A stretch of 32,000 nucleotides of DNA. Source: a cyanobacterium endosymbiont of Epithemia turgida isolate EtSB Lake Yunoko. Lineage in GTDB: Bacteria; Cyanobacteriota; Cyanobacteriia; Cyanobacteriales; Microcystaceae. The stretch spans positions 2,100,001 to 2,132,000 of the forward strand of contig NZ_AP012549.1 in assembly GCF_000829235.1 (NCBI RefSeq). The letters are read 5' to 3'. Position 1 is the first letter of the stretch; each line of letters opens with the position of its first letter. Below, piece after piece: positions 26,431-32,000 of this stretch. Made by a program: the position numbers and the translations under genes. The notes under the pieces were generated by a model, which saw nothing but the letters and a program-made list of their open reading frames with translations, did not search any database and was not told where the DNA came from.

Positions 26431-27132
26431 ATGTTGATCCCTCTGACTCACCAGGCACTTGATAAAATTATTCCCGCTATTGCAACGGGAGCACAATATG
26501 CATCTTGTTGGGGAAGAGCGCGAGACGTCTTAAGACGGTTATTAATTTCTGTGGTTGCTCTCACGATTTTCTGGTTAATTGGAAACCTCCTAGGTTCAGG
26601 AAGCGTAGCGATTAAACTTATTTTCGACATTATTGCTGGACTATATTGGCTGTGGAGTCCCATTTACTGGGCAAATTTACGCAACAGCAGTTATCGTCGC
26701 TTTCCTTATAGTGGATTTTGGCAAGGACGAGTATTAGATATCTATCTCACAGAAGAAATTGTTGGAGAAGAACAAACTGTCAATAAGCATGGAGAACTAG
26801 TCGTCATTGAAAACCGAGAACGGCGAATTAATCTCGAAGTTGGCGATGACGAACAGTTCAGGGCTAGGATAAAGGCTCCCCTTAAACGAGTTTATCAGGT
26901 CATTAACCCTGGAGATATAGCAGAAATAGTAGTTTTATCAAAACAGCCAGATCTAAGTCGAATTGATAAAATTACAGATGTTTATCTCCCACAACATAAT
27001 CTTTGGTTAGGAGAATATCCCTATTTACGAAGGGATGTTTTTACTCAAGTTAGTGATGAACTAGGGGCAGTTAAGGGTAAAAAAACATACCGAAGACACC
27101 ATCCTCATCGGGTTCAACAACGTAGAAGTTAG
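26431..27132 (+). CDS. Conserved hypothetical membrane protein (233 aa; N-terminal TM segments, basic C-terminus)
   Basis: ATG ORF with two or three hydrophobic helices followed by a soluble domain. No motif recognised. Confidence 0.6.
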   Translation: MLIPLTHQALDKIIPAIATGAQYASCWGRARDVLRRLLISVVALTIFWLIGNLLGSGSVAIKLIFDIIAGLYWLWSPIYWANLRNSSYRRFPYSGFWQGRVLDIYLTEEIVGEEQTVNKHGELVVIENRERRINLEVGDDEQFRARIKAPLKRVYQVINPGDIAEIVVLSKQPDLSRIDKITDVYLPQHNLWLGEYPYLRRDVFTQVSDELGAVKGKKTYRRHHPHRVQQRRS

Positions 27133-27338
27133 CTCCCAAATGATGAACAATATGTTAGGGTCATTAGTCAATAAATAATTATTCGGCTCAACTAGATATT
27201 ATTTTTTTAAAAAGACACCAAAAACACTCTAGAAAGAACCTAATAAAGTTCCAAGTTCCAATTATAAAAATACATAAAATTTAACTTCAATCAACAGTGA
27301 AAGTATACTTATAAATAAGTTGAAAAATTATAAGAATC

Positions 27339-28310
27339 ATGTTAAATCACAGAGTTCAACCCCCAAAACTTTCTTCAACCCATCACAAAATTGCTGTTCT
27401 AATTCCCTGTCGGAATGAAGAATTAACAATTGCTCAAGTAGTGAAACAGTTCCGTGAAGAATTACCAGAAGCGGCGATCTATGTCTATGACAATCGGTCT
27501 ACTGATGATACTATAGCACAAGCCCACGCCGCCGAAGCCATTATTCGCTGTGAACCCCAACCAGGAAAAGGAAATGTTATTAGGCGAATGTTTGCTGATG
27601 TTGAAGCAGATATTTATGTGTTAGTCGATGGAGATGATACCTATGAAGTTTCTGCTATTAGGGGACTAATTGAACAACTAATTACAAACCGTCTTGATAT
27701 GATGGTAGGTGCACGTCGTTCTACAGTCAAAGATAAAGGGGCTTATCGTTTGGGCCATCGCGGGGGAAACCTTTTTTTAACTGGTGTAGTTAAGCTACTG
27801 TTTGGAGCTCAACTCAAGGATATGTTATCAGGATATCGTGTTTTTTCTCGGCGTTTTGTTAAATCATTTCCAGCTCTATCGAGTGGATTTGAAATAGAAA
27901 CTGAATTCACTGTACACGCTTTAGAATTAAAAATTCCTTTTGCTGAAGAATATACATTATATGGGTCCAGGCCGCCTGGTTCAGAAAGTAAGTTAAGGAC
28001 TTTCACAGATGGTTGGAGAGTTCTAGGGACTGCTATCCTTTTATTCAAAGAAGCACGACCATTTTTATTTTTTGGACTAGTTTTTACTGTCCTGGCTTTA
28101 ATCTCAATTCTTTTAGGGTTACCTATTTTGGGAGAGTATTTAGCAACAGGGTTAGTTCCTCGATTTCCGACTGCAATTTTAGCGGCTTCTATGATGTTGC
28201 TAGCTTTTTTAAGCTTAACCTGTGGTATAGTTTTAGACTCGGTTGCCAGAGGTCGTCGTGAGGTAAAACGAATGGCATATTTATATAATTCATTACTAGA
28301 ATCGAATTAA
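27339..28310 (+). CDS. Family 2 glycosyltransferase with C-terminal membrane anchor
   Basis: GT2 signatures IAVLIPCRNEE...VYDNRSTDDT...VLVDGDDTY (DxD), followed by two C-terminal TM helices. Confidence 0.8.
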   Translation: MLNHRVQPPKLSSTHHKIAVLIPCRNEELTIAQVVKQFREELPEAAIYVYDNRSTDDTIAQAHAAEAIIRCEPQPGKGNVIRRMFADVEADIYVLVDGDDTYEVSAIRGLIEQLITNRLDMMVGARRSTVKDKGAYRLGHRGGNLFLTGVVKLLFGAQLKDMLSGYRVFSRRFVKSFPALSSGFEIETEFTVHALELKIPFAEEYTLYGSRPPGSESKLRTFTDGWRVLGTAILLFKEARPFLFFGLVFTVLALISILLGLPILGEYLATGLVPRFPTAILAASMMLLAFLSLTCGIVLDSVARGRREVKRMAYLYNSLLESN

Positions 28311-28330
28311 TTTATACCTAAAGAATCTAG

Positions 28331-29335
28331 ATGAAACCTTTATTACCTCCCGAGACTTTAACTCTTGATAGGAAATTTTCAATTCCTGAAGTTTCAATTG
28401 TAATTCCTATTTTTAATGAGGAAGAAAGCATTAAACAACTAATTGTAAGAACTATTGCAATCTTGGCCGATTGTAATTTATCTTATGAAGTGATTTGTAT
28501 TGATGATGGTTCTCAAGATAAATCCTCTCAGATTTTGAGCGAATTAACTCAAAAATTTAATACCTTAAAAGCAATTATTTTACGTCGTAATTATGGACAA
28601 ACCCCGGCAATAGCGGCCGGGTTTAAATATGCAAAAGGAAAAATAATTGTAACCTTAGATGGAGATTTACAAAATGATCCTATCGATATTCCAAGATTGA
28701 TTAATAAGTTAAATCAGGGTTATGATTTAGTTAATGGTTGGCGAAAAAATCGACAAGATAATATAGTAACTCGGTTGCTTCCTTCTAAGATTGCTAATTG
28801 GGTTATTGGTAAAGTAACAGGGGTAGATCTTCATGACTATGGATGTTCTTTAAAGGCCTATCGTTCAGAATTAATTGCTGACATGAATCTTTACGGTGAA
28901 TTGCATCGATTTTTACCGGCTTTAGCCTATATTGAAGGAGCAAAAATTGCGGAGATGTCTGTTGCCCATCACCCTCGCCGTTACGGTAAAAGTAAATATG
29001 GGTTAGGGCGAACTTTTCGAGTTATTATGGATTTATTAACAGTTTTCTTTATTAAGAAATATTTAACTCGCCCTATGCATGTTTTTGGATTATTTGGACT
29101 TGGTTCAACTATGTTAGGTATAACATTAGGGAGTTATCTAATCTTTCTAAAATTAGTATTGGGGCAAAGTATCGGGCATCGTCCTTTACTAATTTTAGCA
29201 GTATTATTAGTGCTGACTGGGGTACAATTGTTGAGTTTTGGATTACTAGCTGAATTAGTAATGCGAACCTATCATGAATCTCAAAAACGTCCAATTTATC
29301 GAGTAAGAGAAATAATTGGTAGCCACCAAGAATAA
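28331..29335 (+). CDS. Family 2 glycosyltransferase, polyprenyl-phosphate sugar transferase type (DPM1/ArnC-like)
   Basis: VSIVIPIFNEEESI...ICIDDGSQDKS...VTLDGDLQNDP, plus two C-terminal TM helices. Confidence 0.8.
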   Translation: MKPLLPPETLTLDRKFSIPEVSIVIPIFNEEESIKQLIVRTIAILADCNLSYEVICIDDGSQDKSSQILSELTQKFNTLKAIILRRNYGQTPAIAAGFKYAKGKIIVTLDGDLQNDPIDIPRLINKLNQGYDLVNGWRKNRQDNIVTRLLPSKIANWVIGKVTGVDLHDYGCSLKAYRSELIADMNLYGELHRFLPALAYIEGAKIAEMSVAHHPRRYGKSKYGLGRTFRVIMDLLTVFFIKKYLTRPMHVFGLFGLGSTMLGITLGSYLIFLKLVLGQSIGHRPLLILAVLLVLTGVQLLSFGLLAELVMRTYHESQKRPIYRVREIIGSHQE

Positions 29336-29941
29336 CAATTTTTTAGGATTAAATTATGAGCAGAAAGATTATTTGGACACTCGATATTTATTCAAAATCA
29401 CAATTATCCAATTATTAATAAACCATAAGAGAATCTGCAGATGAATAATATATATATCAAAACTTGTAAAGATCAGAGAATACCTTCTGTATTCAGTCGT
29501 CCTATCCATGTTCCGAATCAATGGTTAAATTGACTGGCTTAAAACTTGCTTTTATCTAATTTCTTTTTTTCAAGATTGATAAGATGAGCTCCCTGTAACC
29601 TTATTACATGTTTAAGTGGTTAAGTGTGACAAAAAATACTACACAAGTTACATTAATTCCAGTAGTATATACTTTCTGAAAGTTGACAAGTTAGCGCTAA
29701 AAGTTATATTTTTTTAACTTTATTTTACTTATTTGAGTTTTAATTAAAGAAGAATTACTTGAATCAAATTATTTTAAATTAGCTCCTGATCATTCTACTT
29801 CCGATAATATTTTCTTAGCTCATTACACTACTTTAAGCTTAATATTTTCAAAGGATTGGATAAAAAAAATTAATTTTGCAAAATATTGTTTTTATTTGTT
29901 TTAGTAAACGGTATATAAATAGGTTTAATTAATATGAATGA

Positions 29942-30658
29942 TCACCAATTAACTTGAGAAGTAATTTTTATTAACCAAGGATGTACCCACCAAAATAATT
30001 CCACAAAAATAAGAATTACTAGATAAGTTGGTTTTAAAAATTCATGTAATTTTAAAGTTTGACGACCCTCAATAATAGCTAAAAAAGGAATAATAGAAGT
30101 CCGTTTTTTAACATCCATAAAAACCTCTCCATAGTGTTTTTTGAGGCGATAATCTCCATGCCACACGGCGAATAGATGGTGAGCAACTAATCCTAATGAT
30201 GTCACCAAAGTAAAGGTAGTCCCTAGCCATATAGTATGAGTGATACACCAAATCACTTGACCAATCATTTGGGGATGGCGACAAATTCGAATAATACCTG
30301 TTTCATAAAGATAAACTTGGGGTTTAGAAATTGCGGCAATTTCCAGAAGATTAAAAGTAGCTGGATATAGAAACAAGAAAGATATAGCACTAAAAAGCCA
30401 AACGAAAGCTTTAACTCCCTGATATCTTTGAAATTGCCATAAAATAAAACCATCATAGCGATGATTAAAAAAGTAAGTAATTAAAATAATCGCCAGGGGA
30501 ATATTAACAAAGACAAACATAACACGATAAGGTCTCGGTCCAATTTTGTTTTCTCCCCAAGGACGCAATGCTGCTAGTCCACTATGGACAATAGCAAATC
30601 CCAAGAGTAACCCTAAAATAATTCCATGACTTGGTGTTAACCAGGTGGGTAAAGCCAT
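29942..30658 (-). CDS. NnrU-family membrane protein (related to the Z-ISO family)
   Basis: 238-aa polytopic ORF with NnrU-like segments (YRVMFVFVNIPLAIIL..., ICRHPQMIGQVIWCITHTIW, HHLFAVWHGDYRLKKHYGEVF). Confidence 0.7.
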   Translation of the reverse strand: MALPTWLTPSHGIILGLLLGFAIVHSGLAALRPWGENKIGPRPYRVMFVFVNIPLAIILITYFFNHRYDGFILWQFQRYQGVKAFVWLFSAISFLFLYPATFNLLEIAAISKPQVYLYETGIIRICRHPQMIGQVIWCITHTIWLGTTFTLVTSLGLVAHHLFAVWHGDYRLKKHYGEVFMDVKKRTSIIPFLAIIEGRQTLKLHEFLKPTYLVILIFVELFWWVHPWLIKITSQVNW

Positions 30659-30864
30659 TAGTATTTTTGTTTTTAATTTTAAAAATTAGTTAGGTTTGAT
30701 ATCTTTGTCAAAACTATACTAAAGGATTTTGATCCCCATCGTATGTTACTGTCGTTTTCAGTAGAGATAAGTGTCCCTTATTTAGGATATCCCGTCATCA
30801 AAGTTAAGTTAATAGTTTAAGATAGCTTTCCCAGTTAAATCCTTGCTTATTTTTTAATAAACCT

Positions 30865-31824
30865 ATGGTAGATATTCCTTTTACATTAGATCAACTCCGC
30901 ATCCTCAAGGCTATCGCTTCTGAGGGGAGTTTTAAACGGGCTGCAGACACTTTATACGTTTCTCAACCGGCTGTTAGTCTCCAAGTTCAAAATTTAGAAA
31001 AACAACTTAATGTCCCCTTATTTGATCGAGGTGGCCGTAAAGCACGATTAACAGAAGCTGGACATCTTTTGCTGTCTTATGGTGAAAAAATTATTACCCT
31101 GTGTCAAGAGACCTGTCGAGTGATCGAAGATCTACAAAATCTTCAAGGGGGAACTTTGACTGTAGGGGCATCCCAAACTACGGGAACTTATCTTCTTCCT
31201 AGAATGATTGGCTTGTTCCACCAAAAATATCCCGATGTTTCGGTGCAACTACAGGTTCATTCGACCCGACGGACTTCTTGGGGGGTGGCAAACGGACAGG
31301 TAGATTTAGCAATTATTGGGGGAGAAGTTCCGACTGAACTTCAAGAAATCTTAAAAGTTCGTCCTTATGCTGAAGATGAATTAACATTAATTTTACCGAT
31401 TTCCCATCCTTTGACTAAGGTGGAAAAGATTCAAAAAGAGGATTTATACCGCCTTGATTTTATTGGATTGGACTCCCAGTCTACCATTCGCAAAGTGATA
31501 GATAAGGTGTTAAATCGCTGTGACATAGATACCAAACGTCTTAAAATTGAGATGGAACTTAACTCGATTGAAGCAATCAAAAACGCAGTTCAAGCAGGAT
31601 TAGGTGTCGCGTTTGTTTCTATTACAGCCATTAAGAAAGAATTGGAAATGAAAGAACTTCATGTTGGCCGTATTAAAGGGATAGAAGTTCAACGAACTTT
31701 GTCTGTAATTACTAACCCAACTCGTTACCGTTCAAAGGCAGCTGAAGCATTCATTACGGAGATACTACCGGAATTCTCCACTTATAAAGAAACCTTGGAT
31801 TTCGAACTTGTTTCCTCTACCTAA
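30865..31824 (+). CDS. rbcR: LysR-family transcriptional regulator of the RbcR/Ycf30 type
   Basis: The N-terminal [64 protein letters not shown] closely matches the cyanobacterial/plastid Ycf30 (RbcR) N-terminus as I remember it. Confidence 0.8.
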   Translation: MVDIPFTLDQLRILKAIASEGSFKRAADTLYVSQPAVSLQVQNLEKQLNVPLFDRGGRKARLTEAGHLLLSYGEKIITLCQETCRVIEDLQNLQGGTLTVGASQTTGTYLLPRMIGLFHQKYPDVSVQLQVHSTRRTSWGVANGQVDLAIIGGEVPTELQEILKVRPYAEDELTLILPISHPLTKVEKIQKEDLYRLDFIGLDSQSTIRKVIDKVLNRCDIDTKRLKIEMELNSIEAIKNAVQAGLGVAFVSITAIKKELEMKELHVGRIKGIEVQRTLSVITNPTRYRSKAAEAFITEILPEFSTYKETLDFELVSST

Positions 31825-31879
31825 TACTGCTAATTTCTTAAAAGAACCTGCCTCTCAAATATGATTTAGGGATAATCAA

Positions 31880-32000
31880 TCAACATGAGGTATTATGACG
31901 ATGATAAAGAGCAATGATACTATCAGTCACTTCTTCTATTGTCAACCCGTCAGTATTAATGGCAATAGCATCAGCGGCTTGACGTAAGGGAGCAAGAGAA
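31880..32000 (-). CDS. cmk: Cytidylate kinase domain, C-terminal end (cmk or panC-cmk fusion; 5' part outside the window)
   Basis: Own translation of the minus strand: ...SLAPLRQAADAIAINTDGLTIEEVTDSIIALYHRHNTSC*. This fits the Cmk C-terminal pattern APL..A.DA..I.T..L.IE.V. Confidence 0.6.
   Translation of the reverse strand, partial: SLAPLRQAADAIAINTDGLTIEEVTDSIIALYHRHNTSC

Overview
This AT-rich window is the core nitrogen-fixation (nif) island of a unicellular Cyanothece/Crocosphaera-type cyanobacterium. The gene order and the attached Fe/Mo transporter genes match that lineage, not the heterocystous type. The minus strand reads nifB, an fdxN remnant, nifS, a nifU remnant, nifH, nifD, nifK, nifE, nifN, nifX, DUF269, DUF683, nifW, hesA, hesB, fdxH, three small unknown ORFs, feoB (split in two frames), feoA and modB (runs off the left edge). 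A second unit diverges from nifB on the plus strand: cysE (nifP-like), two small conserved ORFs, nifV, nifZ, nifT, a thioredoxin-like [2Fe-2S] protein and an ArsC-family nitrogenase-associated protein, ending in a clean terminator. After a 1.4 kb gene-free, extremely AT-rich stretch come unrelated genes: a membrane protein, two GT2 glycosyltransferases, NnrU, an rbcR/ycf30-type LysR regulator and a cmk 3' end. I saw no rRNA, tRNA, CRISPR array, transposase or integrase. Three observations stand out. (1) The cluster shows selective decay: nifU and fdxN are clear pseudogenes and feoB is frameshifted, while nifHDKENXB, nifS and nifV look intact. Long AT-rich deserts add to a picture of a reduced, possibly endosymbiotic diazotroph. 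(2) The 1 kb nifB/cysE divergent region holds an array of TTGAGTRCA-type motifs, including a 15/16-identical 16-mer in mirrored orientation facing each operon. This is a candidate shared nif activator site. (3) The nifU-nifH spacer is about 46% GC against about 15% in a sampled stretch of the gene-free region, and it is full of long-range complementarity, which suggests a conserved structured RNA. Several tandem duplications and intercistronic hairpins are also recorded. All homology statements come from reading the translations and from remembered family motifs; no database search was possible.
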